A DNA stretch of 64,000 nucleotides from an uncultured virus (IMG/VR IMGVR_UViG_3300020047_004730) (Duplodnaviria > Heunggongvirae > Uroviricota > Caudoviricetes > Crassvirales), in IMG/VR virus record IMGVR_UViG_3300020047_004730, one strand, 5' to 3'. This document shows, in pieces, positions 1 to 9,955 of this stretch; position 1 is the stretch's first letter; each line of letters opens with the position of its first letter. A model generated the notes under the pieces. It searched no databases, was not told the origin of the DNA, and was given only the letters and a program-made list of their open reading frames with translations. A program made the translations under genes and the position numbers.

Positions 1-433
1 TAAACGACAACTCACGATCAGAAATTTCTGGATCCTGCTCAGTATAAAAATCTCTCAAGGTCTTCATCGGGTCCTCCTTAGAGTAATCCTTCTGAAGCTT
101 AACGAAATCCTCAAATGTTCTGCCAGTGTCTTGCTTGTACTTTAGATATGTCGCCACATCCTCAGGCAAGTCAGCTGGTTTGTTTTGAAGTAACGCCTCG
201 AACTCATCTAATGAGTTCACCTCGATATTTCTTTTGCTCTTAATAAATGAAAGAACGTCTTCTTCTCTTAACTCTGGCATGACTGGTTCTACAGTAGTCT
301 CAACTACTTGCTCTTCCGTCTGCTGGTCTTGATTTTCCTCAAGACTTTTTTCGTGCTGTTCTACCAACTCTTTTTCGATTTCAACGGCTGACTTATCATT
401 TCCGTCTACTACTCGAACTGATTTGAATTCCAT
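1..433 (-). CDS. Probable capsid scaffolding protein, 5' part (runs off the left edge)
   Basis: ATG at 433 gives MEFKSVRVVDGNDKSAVEIEKELVEQHEKSLEENQ...; acidic; downstream of portal; own TAnnTTTG element at 456-463. Confidence 0.6.
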   Translation of the reverse strand, partial: MEFKSVRVVDGNDKSAVEIEKELVEQHEKSLEENQDQQTEEQVVETTVEPVMPELREEDVLSFIKSKRNIEVNSLDEFEALLQNKPADLPEDVATYLKYKQDTGRTFEDFVKLQKDYSKEDPMKTLRDFYTEQDPEISDRELSF

Positions 434-486
434 ATAGATTTAAATTTAATTGTTACAAAATTAACAAAAAGATTGATACGCTTGAT

Positions 487-792
487 TTACGAGCCTTTTA
501 CCCACTTCTTGTTCTTTGGCTGTGCAGTATCTGAAGGACTCCATTTAACTTTATCTGCCCAGTAAGCAGCCGATAGTTTCCCTTTAGCTATATTCTTTGC
601 GTGTCTAGACTTGAATGCTTCTCTTTGTCCTTTCGTTTGGTTAGTCTTAACTCCCTGCTGACCGAAACGAATAGTTTTAATAGTGTCTCCTTCTTTAGCT
701 ACAACAATGTGTGACTTAGTAGGATGACCAGAAGTACGTTTTGGTTTATTAAATCCAGTAACTCCAGCTCTCTCTAGTCTTGAATCCTTCAT
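487..792 (-). CDS. Small basic conserved phage protein
   Basis: ORF track; IRFGQQG...FKSRH...SAAYWA motif typical of aquatic phage proteins. Confidence 0.75.
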   Translation of the reverse strand: MKDSRLERAGVTGFNKPKRTSGHPTKSHIVVAKEGDTIKTIRFGQQGVKTNQTKGQREAFKSRHAKNIAKGKLSAAYWADKVKWSPSDTAQPKNKKWVKGS

Positions 793-935
793 TTCTTCTT
801 AGCTGTTTTTCTTGATCGTTTAAATGCATCTTCTGTTGGAGCACCCTTACTACCTTTCTTACGCATAGTCTCTCCAGACCCCTGTTCTATTCGCTTTTTT
901 TTAGCGTGAATGTTTGCATATAATCCCTTACTCAT
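789..935 (-). CDS. Small basic protein (48 aa)
   Basis: Read manually: MSKGLYANIHAKKKRIEQGSGETMRKKGSKGAPTEDAFKRSRKTAKKK; fills the gap with coupled start/stop. Confidence 0.7.
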   Translation of the reverse strand: MSKGLYANIHAKKKRIEQGSGETMRKKGSKGAPTEDAFKRSRKTAKKK

Positions 936-936
936 A

Positions 937-3384
937 CTACTTCGGCATAAACGACTCTAAATCAAAAGCTCCAGCACCACTTGTAGAAATCAAGTCGTTT
1001 CCAGAACTTTCAAAGTTCTTTGCTGGAAGTCCTTTCTGACGTTGTTCAACTAGCTCAGACTGTTGTGTTGCCTGAATTCCTGTACGCTTGTCTTTTCTAT
1101 CTTCCTTCTCTTTCTCTCTTTTAGATATACCCTCAGTCTCAATGCCTTTAAGCTCCATATTGTAATTGAACTCTATCTGCATTAATTCTTTCTTGAGATT
1201 AACCTCCGCTTGCATGCGTTGAATATCCAACTGTACCTCTGCTTGCTTAAGACTTATCTTACCATCAATCTCCATCTGTGTCTTCTGCATTGACGTTTGT
1301 GCTGCCATCTGCTGAGACTCCATGTTGATCTGTGCCTGCATTTGTTGTTGCTGATCTTCTCTCGCTCTTAAATCCTCTAGCTTGCGACGTCTCTTCATTT
1401 TTAAGAGTTCGTTAGCTAGTTTGATATTCTTTACGTTTCTGATGTCAATAGCATCCTCCAAGTCAATCTGATCTCTCTGAAGTGATATAGCGATATCTCT
1501 CTCAAGCTGCTCCTTCTCTTGCTCGTCAGGTGCTAAGTCAATATAGATACCAAAGTCATACAGATATAAATCCTTAATGTCTTCAATAATCGAAAGATTG
1601 TACTTACCAATCTGCATAGCGAACTGCTCCTTGAAGTCAGCATACTTAAGAATGTCAGCCATCCTTAATGATAGAGCGACAGCAAGTCTTCTCGTCATCA
1701 TTAGACGACCCTCAAGTACGTGGCGAGTTGCTGTATTACTGTTTAATGCTGCTAACTTCTGAACCCCTACTAGTGCGTCTGGATTTGGAGATGATCCGTC
1801 ACGAGCCTCATTAAGACCTGTGACATCACGTATCATATTTAGGTAGTAGTTGTATGCAGTAATTAATGCATTTATTTTTCCTTGACCTGCTCCATGAGTT
1901 AACTCTTGGATTGGCACTCGTGCGTTATTAAATTCGCCATCTCCAGTGTACGACCTACCAACGACAGATCCTGTCTGGAAGAATAGCTTCAATGCTTCGT
2001 TTGGATTGTATTCTAATCCTTTTCCTAAGTCTACGTCTGTAAGTCCATCAGCATCAATGAATACCCCATCTGGAACCATTCTAGATTGAACCTGCTGTAG
2101 CTTAAGGTGTGTCAACTGTATTTGATCCGCAAATGGAATCATTCTCTTAACTAACGAATCAATTTGTCCCTTATACATTCTAGGAGCAAACATCATGTAG
2201 TTCGGCATAGCCTTCTGAGTAGCAGACTTTGGACGAACCATGTTAGACATTAGGTTCCACTTTAACAAGTGATTAGAACCAGCTACCAGTATTCCTTCGT
2301 ACCAGACCTCTTTAGCAATTTCAACAACCCGGAAGTTCTCACTCTCAGCATTAGAGAAAGAGTCATCCTTAAGAATAAGCTTCTTACCGCCTGACTTAGT
2401 TGTTTTTTCCTTGTAGACAAATTTCTTTTCAGTCTTGTAGTTGAAGTACAATAGAGTAACGACTTCATCTAGGAATGCATCATCATATAACTTTCTTGTT
2501 ATATTGTATGCGTCATACCAAGACGTTCCGTACTGCTTTATTTCCTCTAGCTGTTCATCAGTTAGGTTTGGATTTATTTTTCTTAGTTCTGTATAATGTA
2601 CCTGCTTAATCTCTCCGTAGTAATAACAATCAGAAAAATCAGGCTTTTCAGTGTACGACCAAACCATATTGGCTGGATCTACATAATCAACCTTGATACC
2701 CTCTCCCTTTACGAATTCATGCTTTGTCGCTGAGATTCCAATCTCGCATTGGTCCTTGTCACACATCTCCTGAATTAACTTAAAGTCATTCATTTCGAGT
2801 ATGTTGTCAATCGCTATTTCTTCAGCTATCTCAATAGATGGCTTGTATCTTAGTTCCATGTAAAGATTCAACTCCTCGTCTGTCTGAGGTAAATCTTTTG
2901 GATCAACATTAAACGCATCAACGCCAAACTGATCCTTAGTCATCTGAAGAAAATCCTTTGAAACCATATCGGCTTCAATCATGTCTTGAAACATGTTCTT
3001 CTTCTCAGCAGACATTGCGTCTTGAGCTGTAGCTCTAACCTTATATGCTCTGTCTGACATTCCGTTAACAACGATGTCAACAAACTTAGGGATGATAGGT
3101 ACAATCTCCCAGTTAAGGTTAAGGTAAGACAAGTCGCCATCAATAGCAAATTCTGTCTTATACTTACCAATTGGCTGTTCGCCTCTCGCGTAAAGTCTTA
3201 GTCGGTGAAAATCTGCATACTGATCATAGAATCTACAAGATCCTGCAGATCTTCTAAACCACTCTTGTTCAATAGCTTTAGAAACCTTGAGTCCATAAGC
3301 TTTTGATTCCTTTTCAGAATCAGACGCTATATGAGACGGGAATGTTTCCGACGTTAAAATTAGTTCTACTTTGTTGTCGCTCAT
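937..3384 (-). CDS. Portal protein
   Basis: 815 aa directly downstream of TerL; IIPKFVDIVVNGM motif, Gln-rich coiled-coil C-terminal barrel. Confidence 0.85.
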   Translation of the reverse strand: MSDNKVELILTSETFPSHIASDSEKESKAYGLKVSKAIEQEWFRRSAGSCRFYDQYADFHRLRLYARGEQPIGKYKTEFAIDGDLSYLNLNWEIVPIIPKFVDIVVNGMSDRAYKVRATAQDAMSAEKKNMFQDMIEADMVSKDFLQMTKDQFGVDAFNVDPKDLPQTDEELNLYMELRYKPSIEIAEEIAIDNILEMNDFKLIQEMCDKDQCEIGISATKHEFVKGEGIKVDYVDPANMVWSYTEKPDFSDCYYYGEIKQVHYTELRKINPNLTDEQLEEIKQYGTSWYDAYNITRKLYDDAFLDEVVTLLYFNYKTEKKFVYKEKTTKSGGKKLILKDDSFSNAESENFRVVEIAKEVWYEGILVAGSNHLLKWNLMSNMVRPKSATQKAMPNYMMFAPRMYKGQIDSLVKRMIPFADQIQLTHLKLQQVQSRMVPDGVFIDADGLTDVDLGKGLEYNPNEALKLFFQTGSVVGRSYTGDGEFNNARVPIQELTHGAGQGKINALITAYNYYLNMIRDVTGLNEARDGSSPNPDALVGVQKLAALNSNTATRHVLEGRLMMTRRLAVALSLRMADILKYADFKEQFAMQIGKYNLSIIEDIKDLYLYDFGIYIDLAPDEQEKEQLERDIAISLQRDQIDLEDAIDIRNVKNIKLANELLKMKRRRKLEDLRAREDQQQQMQAQINMESQQMAAQTSMQKTQMEIDGKISLKQAEVQLDIQRMQAEVNLKKELMQIEFNYNMELKGIETEGISKREKEKEDRKDKRTGIQATQQSELVEQRQKGLPAKNFESSGNDLISTSGAGAFDLESFMPK

Positions 3385-5582
3385 CTTATTATTTGACTGC
3401 TATGTCCGTCATTCTTGTACCTCGACAAAGATACGGAAATTTTGGACTTCTTAGTTTCTATACGGAATGTGTGTCGTCTTACTCCCATTATTGCAAGTCC
3501 AGAAGATATCGAGGCATCATGCTTTGTACGATTATTTGGATCGAATCTAGCCCAGTCTTCAAGAGTTCTGTTGAAATACATATTACCAATACTGTCAGGA
3601 TTACGGTACTCTCCCTCATTATCAAATCCAACATACTGCTCTATATATGACTCAATTCCAGCTGCGTGTGTTTGTCTTATATCCTCAGAAGAGTTTGGTA
3701 TTCCACCAAGTTCTAGTTCAGTTTTTGATAGTTGCCCTATAGCCCTGTCAGGTCTATTCATAGAGAATCCTCTATACCCCCTATTCTTGAAGTGGTACAG
3801 TAGTCTTGGTTTATTGTTCTCAGCTAGTAACGGCATCCCATAAAACACACAAGCCATGAGCACATCCTCAAAGAATATCTCAGCGGTTGCAGGTCTTGCT
3901 ATGTACTCCAAGAAGAACATGTTTGATGGAATATTTGGGTCCATACTTGATCCCGTAAGTCCATGAAGTGCACCGTTTGATCCACCCCCACCAACAACCC
4001 CAGATATGTCATAAGGGTCACATCCAAATGCGCCATCGTCAGCGTTACCCGGATACTTCTTTCCGTTCTTCACAATCACATTATTCTGAAGTTCTTTCGG
4101 TGGAACCCATGCCATGATGAACCTACCCCTTGCATCAGGAGTCCATACAACCTCACTGTCTATAACTCCACCCTTCCAATGAAAATAACCACGAGTAATT
4201 ACTCTGTCTCTTATCAGGTTGTCGTTGTGATCTATCTGTTGGTAAATCTTTGTCAAATTATATAGAGACTGTTTTGATTCATCCCTGAACGCATGCGATT
4301 CTGTACGTGGGTACTGACGATAGAATTCATTCAGTGCGTCTGGATCATGCTTCAGTGCCTCAACCTCATTATTCCAGTATGACACAACTCCAATCTTTAT
4401 TAAACGATCATCTATACCCATCACTGGCTTTGATGGATCCTCTACTACTGCATGACCGTACTCATCAAGGAATCCCTCAAAGTTATAGTCCATCGGTATA
4501 AACAATGAGTATAATCCACTCTTTGTCTGACCGTTATTATTTCTTTTCTTTGGGTCGCTGTCGTAGTATAGGTCCTTGAAGTTTTGACCTCCCTTTGCTA
4601 GTGCGTTAACGGTTGATCCCATCATACACTTACCAACTACCCTACTACCCAAACGAAGACATGTCTTAGTTACACGCCAGTTATTTAGGATGTTATTCGG
4701 TGCGAGCCATTTTCCTGATTCGTCATGTACTAACATAAGCAGCTTCTGACCATCATAGGAGTTGTCTGCCGTACTTAACCAGTCAATTGTAGTATCTAGA
4801 CCTGTGATGGACTCTTCGTCCTTCTCAGCCATGTTTTTCTTGGTAATCTTTTTTGCTGGAAGTCTAAACGACAGCTCTGACTTCGGTGCGTCCATACCGT
4901 CCTGAACAGGTTTGAAAAAGAATGGATAGTTTCTTACAATAGGAACTACCTTATGTATGAACATCTCCTTGGCATCAGGACCAGTCTTAGATAGTATACC
5001 AAGCTTCGCATCCATCGATATAGTACCAATGTTTGATGTCTCTGATGAAGACATGAACGAGAATCCAGAACGTCTGTTCTTAAGGTAGCACATGCCAAAG
5101 CATCTGTCGTCAGCCTTGCACGCCTCCCAAAATATCCAGAATATTCTATTTGACTCACGGAAGTCTGGAAGTCCGATATCTATCTTGGACCACTGCAGGT
5201 ACATATAGTGGCTACCCGTAATGTATGTAGGGGAACCGTTATTGACAAACCAATGCCCGTCATCCCTCTTCTCAAATTCAGCCTGAATGTAGTCCACCCA
5301 CTTAACCTTAAACTCAGGAGACATTTGATTCCATTCAAATATCGTCTTGATTCTAGAAAGTTCTTTTGGATACTCCTCTGGCTTCCATTTATTCTCTCCC
5401 TTCTTCAGTCCCTTTTGGACTTTTGGAAGACCTATCTTTACGCCATTAATTTCGTATACCTCACCTACAGTACCATCCTTGGATATGACAACCAAGTCAT
5501 ACTTCTCGTCGTATCCATACTTCCACTTCCGGTTCTTAACCTGACTTGGTAAATAATCCTCAAGTACTGCATATAAACTCAT
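3381..5582 (-). CDS. terL: Terminase large subunit
   Basis: Walker A-like KNRRSGFS, Walker B LVHDESGK, coupling GST motif, RNase H-like nuclease motifs GCDPYD and HDASIS. Confidence 0.92.
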   Translation of the reverse strand: MSLYAVLEDYLPSQVKNRKWKYGYDEKYDLVVISKDGTVGEVYEINGVKIGLPKVQKGLKKGENKWKPEEYPKELSRIKTIFEWNQMSPEFKVKWVDYIQAEFEKRDDGHWFVNNGSPTYITGSHYMYLQWSKIDIGLPDFRESNRIFWIFWEACKADDRCFGMCYLKNRRSGFSFMSSSETSNIGTISMDAKLGILSKTGPDAKEMFIHKVVPIVRNYPFFFKPVQDGMDAPKSELSFRLPAKKITKKNMAEKDEESITGLDTTIDWLSTADNSYDGQKLLMLVHDESGKWLAPNNILNNWRVTKTCLRLGSRVVGKCMMGSTVNALAKGGQNFKDLYYDSDPKKRNNNGQTKSGLYSLFIPMDYNFEGFLDEYGHAVVEDPSKPVMGIDDRLIKIGVVSYWNNEVEALKHDPDALNEFYRQYPRTESHAFRDESKQSLYNLTKIYQQIDHNDNLIRDRVITRGYFHWKGGVIDSEVVWTPDARGRFIMAWVPPKELQNNVIVKNGKKYPGNADDGAFGCDPYDISGVVGGGGSNGALHGLTGSSMDPNIPSNMFFLEYIARPATAEIFFEDVLMACVFYGMPLLAENNKPRLLYHFKNRGYRGFSMNRPDRAIGQLSKTELELGGIPNSSEDIRQTHAAGIESYIEQYVGFDNEGEYRNPDSIGNMYFNRTLEDWARFDPNNRTKHDASISSGLAIMGVRRHTFRIETKKSKISVSLSRYKNDGHSSQIIR

Positions 5583-5857
5583 TTCTTCTTGGCTTTATCT
5601 TCAGCAAAAGATACTGGTATCTGCTCCATCTTCTTAGCAATCTCTGCTTGATCAGCACTTGGCTGCTCTGCTTCAATCTTATCAAGTATTACGAGCGCAT
5701 CCTCAAATGCAAGTCTCTTAGCCGCTGCTGCCGTTCGCATCTTATCAGCCGTCAGGTCTCCATCCATTCCAGTAATGATTGGGTCCTTTAGAACTTTAAT
5801 CAGCTCGTTCACCGCAATCATTCCAGCGTCTAATATTTCCGTTCGCTTACTAGACAT
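5579..5857 (-). CDS. Possible terminase small subunit
   Basis: Small helical protein immediately upstream of, and overlapping, terL. Confidence 0.45.
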   Translation of the reverse strand: MSSKRTEILDAGMIAVNELIKVLKDPIITGMDGDLTADKMRTAAAAKRLAFEDALVILDKIEAEQPSADQAEIAKKMEQIPVSFAEDKAKKK

Positions 5858-6408
5858 ATCATACTTGTTTTCATTCTGTATAACTTCTTCCCGTCAATAT
5901 TGAACTCATACTCGCTATCTGGCATGAATGAAATAATCGTTCCGGGTTTAATATCTGACTGCTCAATGTTTGGGTATACCATCACCCCAAACAGTGACAA
6001 CTCGTCACAGTTATTTATAAGTCCCTCTGTATTGTTTGTGTCCTTGATAGGCTCAACAAAGCAGTACGGTGCAATTGCGCTCCACTTTCCACCCGGACAT
6101 CTGTATGCGTACACCTCTGTTGGGTATATCATGTACTTATCATCAAACAAGTGAGATGCAGAGGATTTCTCCCTGCCCTTCATGTCGTGATAAAGTCTGA
6201 ACGTGTTGTGGTGCACAATTATTTCGTCACCTTTTTTGATAGGTCCGTTATAGATAATCGGAATATTTTCGACTACAGCGATACGATTTGTCACCAAGTG
6301 ATCCTCCTGAGAGGATGACGTGACGAATTCTTTACCACCAAGTTCTTTGGTGTTGTCGTACCGCTTTCCGTCTTTTGGCTCTACGATAAAGCAGTGTGGA
6401 GATCTCAT
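5830..6408 (-). CDS. GroES-like co-chaperonin (192 aa, apparently two GroES-like units)
   Basis: FIVEP...IKKGDEIIV and FVEP...IKPGTII...EFNIDGKKLYRM resemble the Cpn10 pattern. Confidence 0.55.
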   Translation of the reverse strand: MRSPHCFIVEPKDGKRYDNTKELGGKEFVTSSSQEDHLVTNRIAVVENIPIIYNGPIKKGDEIIVHHNTFRLYHDMKGREKSSASHLFDDKYMIYPTEVYAYRCPGGKWSAIAPYCFVEPIKDTNNTEGLINNCDELSLFGVMVYPNIEQSDIKPGTIISFMPDSEYEFNIDGKKLYRMKTSMICLVSERKY

Positions 6409-6409
6409 G

Positions 6410-6637
6410 TTAAAAGTCTAGGTTATGCTCAATGGTTACTGGCATGAAGTTGTTGATGGTCTTCCATACGTAAACCTCATTAGATCCGTTCTTAATATAG
6501 ATGTCATACCCATACTCCTCCCTTTCGATATGTTGTATCTGATGGGAGCCTTGCATGATTGTACTCCCAATCTGGAAGTGCATTGCATTCATTGGATCCG
6601 TACCTATAGAAATCTTTCTAATGGCTATTGGTTTCAT
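6410..6637 (-). CDS. Hypothetical protein
   Basis: ORF track; in operon. Confidence 0.7.
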   Translation of the reverse strand: MKPIAIRKISIGTDPMNAMHFQIGSTIMQGSHQIQHIEREEYGYDIYIKNGSNEVYVWKTINNFMPVTIEHNLDF

Positions 6638-6885
6638 GACTTGAATTCTCCAGTATGCATGTCGATCTTAGTATCTTCAGATACCTTGTACTTCTCTACT
6701 AAGTCGTTGTTGAATTTACCCATCCTAGACTCTAATGCCTTGATTGCATCAATTGCTTGAGACTTCATGATTTCAGAGTCAGCGATACGAAGTTTGAATT
6801 CTTGGTAGGCTCTGTTTAAACCTTTCATTTCCTCTAACTCTTCTGGTGTAATCCCTTTAGGATTAAGTTCAATTACTTTTTTCAT
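6634..6885 (-). CDS. Hypothetical coiled-coil protein
   Basis: ORF track; TAnnTTTG element at 6907-6914. Confidence 0.7.
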   Translation of the reverse strand: MKKVIELNPKGITPEELEEMKGLNRAYQEFKLRIADSEIMKSQAIDAIKALESRMGKFNNDLVEKYKVSEDTKIDMHTGEFKS

Positions 6886-7012
6886 TTTGATTTGATTTAT
6901 TTGTCACAAATATAGTCAATAAATGTTACAGTTATAAGAATTTTAATATTTGTATGATAAATTATGCATTAACACTTAAAAAGATAAGTTATGAATGATA
7001 AATCATACAAAA

Positions 7013-7150
7013 CTATCCCTGAGATCTATAAGTCTTCTTGTAGTTCTTGCTTGACTTCAACTTGGAAGTCTTCGACTTACTATGAACACCCGGACGACTG
7101 ATCTTCTTTTTTGCTTTCTTCGCAATTAATGATTGTTCTTTCTTTGCCAT
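7013..7150 (-). CDS. Small Lys-rich protein (45 aa)
   Basis: Read manually: MAKKEQSLIAKKAKKKISRPGVHSKSK...; start overlaps the endolysin stop. Confidence 0.6.
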   Translation of the reverse strand: MAKKEQSLIAKKAKKKISRPGVHSKSKTSKLKSSKNYKKTYRSQG

Positions 7151-7668
7151 TATGCTTCGTTTGTGCTGATAGTTCCTTTAGAATCAAGTGTTACCTTTCG
7201 AACGTTTTCAGGCTGTGATAACTTCCATGATGTACGTCTTGCCTTATGTAGTCTTGACTTTAATATCCTAGTTACGTTCATTGCGTTAGATTGGTTTCCT
7301 CCAAGTACGTGGTAGCAGTCCTTGTCTTCTCCAACATAAAAACCAACGTGTCCTCCTCCATCTCGTTTGAATGTAAGGATGTCACCTAGCATTGGCTCCT
7401 TTGCCTCGGTACCCCACTTCGCCCAGTTAAGCGCCCATAGTGGAGCATCTACTGGCTTTAATCCTGCCTTAAATACAGCATAAGCTACAGCTAGTCCACA
7501 CCAAGGAATCTCATCGGCATTATATACCTTAGATAACCCAAGTTCTTTAGCCCATCCAAGTATTACTGGATTATGTGCCTTACCAACCACCTCTTTAGTA
7601 CCAATAAGCTTTACAGCCTCAACTAATACCTTTGGTGACTTCTCACTCTTTAAAAAATCGTAACTCAT
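7150..7668 (-). CDS. Endolysin, NlpC/P60-CHAP-like peptidase (TIGR02594-like)
   Basis: DEIPWCG, ALNW, GGGHVGFY, LGGNQSN motifs; likely start MSYDFL at 7668. Confidence 0.85.
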   Translation of the reverse strand: MSYDFLKSEKSPKVLVEAVKLIGTKEVVGKAHNPVILGWAKELGLSKVYNADEIPWCGLAVAYAVFKAGLKPVDAPLWALNWAKWGTEAKEPMLGDILTFKRDGGGHVGFYVGEDKDCYHVLGGNQSNAMNVTRILKSRLHKARRTSWKLSQPENVRKVTLDSKGTISTNEA

Positions 7669-8186
7669 GTTCTCTTGATTAAATAAATTGAAATTGCAAG
7701 TGCTACTAGCATTATAACCCATATCATTGGATTCTTCCAGCCTGAACTCTTGTTCTCATACTTGGCTGTCCTAGCGTCTGACTTTGCTTGCTTAGTTTTT
7801 TCTTTTTCTACCTTAACATCTGTCTTCCCTTGTCTTTCAAGGCGTTTGATCTCAAGTTTTAGCATCTTCTCTGCGTGCTTAAGGCTGTCTCGTTCTTGCT
7901 TGTCCATTCTGCGAGTATGCCATCTGTCCTTGTACTCTATCGTAGCTTCAGGACATGGTACAGTCACATCGACATAAATAAGTGAGTCTTTGCCGTCCTT
8001 GCCTTTTACTACCTGAGTAATGGTTACTGTCTTCTCTACAGTGTCTATCTTACCACCATAGTAAACAAACTTATCGTAGTGCTTCTTCTGCTTCTTTGGA
8101 TTTGGAGTAGCGCAGTTTGATAAAAACATAACAATGAATAGGAACAAAGCCAATCCAACTATGTAATATAGAACTCCCCTAATCAT
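7665..8186 (-). CDS. Lipoprotein with C-terminal TM helix, candidate unimolecular spanin
   Basis: Hydrophobic signal ending FLSNC, coiled coil, C-terminal TM PMIWVIMLVALAISIYLI; next to endolysin. Confidence 0.55.
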   Translation of the reverse strand: MIRGVLYYIVGLALFLFIVMFLSNCATPNPKKQKKHYDKFVYYGGKIDTVEKTVTITQVVKGKDGKDSLIYVDVTVPCPEATIEYKDRWHTRRMDKQERDSLKHAEKMLKLEIKRLERQGKTDVKVEKEKTKQAKSDARTAKYENKSSGWKNPMIWVIMLVALAISIYLIKRT

Positions 8187-8223
8187 TTTTTAGGTCCTGA
8201 TATTGTGTATCCGTATCCGTACA

Positions 8224-8475
8224 TTATTTCTCTATTTTTTTAGCTCCAGCATCAATTAACTTGGAACCCATTGCTACTCCAACAAATGTAAGCCATACCT
8301 CCAACTGAAATCCAGAAAGTATGAAATGAATTATTGCAGCAATTACTACAAACACCCATGCCGAAAACATCGTTAACTTCATCCTATCCCACTTCCTAAC
8401 TCCATCTACCTCTTTCTTTAGCGTGTCTCTTGCGATATCAGAAATAAGTGATGATATTTGTTTTGAGAGTGACAT
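8224..8475 (-). CDS. Probable holin (2 TM)
   Basis: Two hydrophobic segments, basic C-terminus, in lysis cassette. Confidence 0.55.
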   Translation of the reverse strand: MSLSKQISSLISDIARDTLKKEVDGVRKWDRMKLTMFSAWVFVVIAAIIHFILSGFQLEVWLTFVGVAMGSKLIDAGAKKIEK

Positions 8476-8476
8476 C

Positions 8477-8719
8477 TTACGATCTCTTAATTTTTCCTAC
8501 TGGGTCCTGTGGTAGTATTGCAAACACTAATTTATGCTCTTCTAAATCTTCATTAATTCCAGTAGATCGCATCTCTGATCTTATTTGATCCTCGTAACAG
8601 TCATAAAGTTTCTCCTCCACTACTGACAGTCTGTTATTAAGCATGAGAGCAACTAGTGCTAAAAGCCCGTGCTTCTTTACTAACTCGTAAACATTCTCTA
8701 CTGTTAGTGCACCCATCAC
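8477..8719 (-). CDS. Small protein with one hydrophobic segment (lysis cassette)
   Basis: ORF track; HGLLALVALML segment. Confidence 0.55.
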   Translation of the reverse strand: MMGALTVENVYELVKKHGLLALVALMLNNRLSVVEEKLYDCYEDQIRSEMRSTGINEDLEEHKLVFAILPQDPVGKIKRS

Positions 8720-8991
8720 AAAATAAGAGATACTGATCCAGATGCAAGATCGATATTAACAAATGTCTTCTGCTTATCGAACGGAGTGATTAATGCTCCT
8801 GCCTTAACTGCTGTAGCTGATGTGGTGATGTAGTCATCCTTGTCGTTTCCACCTGCATCAGTTAATACATTGAATACCGTATCTTGAAGTACGTATATTG
8901 CACTCACTGGGCTTGTATACGCATCGGTATCATTAAGGATTATTGTCCCTGCTGCTGCCGTTAAAATTTCATTCCAAGTTCTTACTGCCAT
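8716..8991 (-). CDS. Hypothetical, possibly virion, protein
   Basis: ORF track; beta-rich. Confidence 0.65.
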   Translation of the reverse strand: MAVRTWNEILTAAAGTIILNDTDAYTSPVSAIYVLQDTVFNVLTDAGGNDKDDYITTSATAVKAGALITPFDKQKTFVNIDLASGSVSLIL

Positions 8992-8994
8992 TTC

Positions 8995-9243
8995 TTAACA
9001 TTTTTTAGCTCCGCCTCTACCTCTATTGGTGCGACGGTGTTCTTTAACTATTGTTCCGTCCTTCTTATGACTCGCATCAATTGGACTTCCTTTTGGTATT
9101 CCTAACTCCCTTCTAGCCTTATTGGCTTCAGCTCTTTTTCTCCTAGCTTCTGGTTTAGCTGCTGCCTTCTTAGATGTCTCTTGATGCTTCTTTCTAGCCT
9201 CAGGATTATCTCTGTAAAACTTAGCTGTCTTTCCCAGTGCCAT
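8995..9243 (-). CDS. Basic protein with degenerate HNH-like motif
   Basis: DASH...NRGR pattern. Confidence 0.45.
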   Translation of the reverse strand: MALGKTAKFYRDNPEARKKHQETSKKAAAKPEARRKRAEANKARRELGIPKGSPIDASHKKDGTIVKEHRRTNRGRGGAKKC

Positions 9244-9430
9244 AAAATATCTTGTTTACCAGAAGATCTGGATCATTTAAATTCTCTTGTCTTTTCGAAC
9301 ATGGTACACAAGGCTGTGCTGGAGTACCGTTCGAAATAGCATTTGCAATATAACTAGCACCAGTGACTTTTGCAACTGCCGCAATAGTATCACCTATACC
9401 CTTGTGCTTTTTTATCAGTCTTATTTGCAT
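9221..9430 (-). CDS. Hypothetical protein with CxxC
   Basis: GIGDTIA...PCVPC; promoter element at 9439-9446. Confidence 0.65.
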   Translation of the reverse strand: MQIRLIKKHKGIGDTIAAVAKVTGASYIANAISNGTPAQPCVPCSKRQENLNDPDLLVNKIFYGTGKDS

Positions 9431-9438
9431 ATCTATTG

Positions 9439-9455
9439 CAAAGATAGTAAATTTG
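9439..9455. promoter_or_regulatory. Back-to-back Bacteroidota -7 promoter elements
   Basis: CAAAGATA (minus-strand TATCTTTG) at 9439-9446 and TAAATTTG (plus strand) at 9448-9455, between divergent genes. Confidence 0.6.
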
Positions 9456-9475
9456 TCTTAATTAATTAAAATCTA

Positions 9476-9955
9476 ATGCGAAAACAAATACAGCGAAACT
9501 ACATACGTAAAGAGCCAAAGAATGACTACCTAAAGTTCTACCGGGTAGTAAGAAGGTTTACATTAATGAAGTACGACCTATCAACTGCCGACCTTGAGAT
9601 GATGATGTACCTATACACGGCTGGACTGTTTACATATCAAGAGTTCAGTGTGTACGCAAGCAACTTCTCATGGGATAAGCATAGGTTCAAGCGTATGAAG
9701 GAAGGTGGTTGGATCCATATGTTCAGAGATAAGGTCGGAGCAGAGTACCGACTGTACGAACTTACACGTCATGGGAGACACATTATTGGAAACATGTACA
9801 AGATGCTGAACTGTGAGATGGAGATACCAATGGCGCTAAAGAATAATCCAGTGGTAGCTAGAAAGAACTATGCCGAGAAAGCCCTAATGATTGGAATAGA
9901 GGAGTTCAATAAGTACGTGCAATCTAAAAACCCTCAGAAAAGAATGGAGTACTGA
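9476..9955 (+). CDS. Winged-helix (MarR-like) DNA-binding protein
   Basis: LSTADLEMMMYL...MKEGGWI...LYELTRHG pattern; lone plus-strand gene in the late region. Confidence 0.6.
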   Translation: MRKQIQRNYIRKEPKNDYLKFYRVVRRFTLMKYDLSTADLEMMMYLYTAGLFTYQEFSVYASNFSWDKHRFKRMKEGGWIHMFRDKVGAEYRLYELTRHGRHIIGNMYKMLNCEMEIPMALKNNPVVARKNYAEKALMIGIEEFNKYVQSKNPQKRMEY

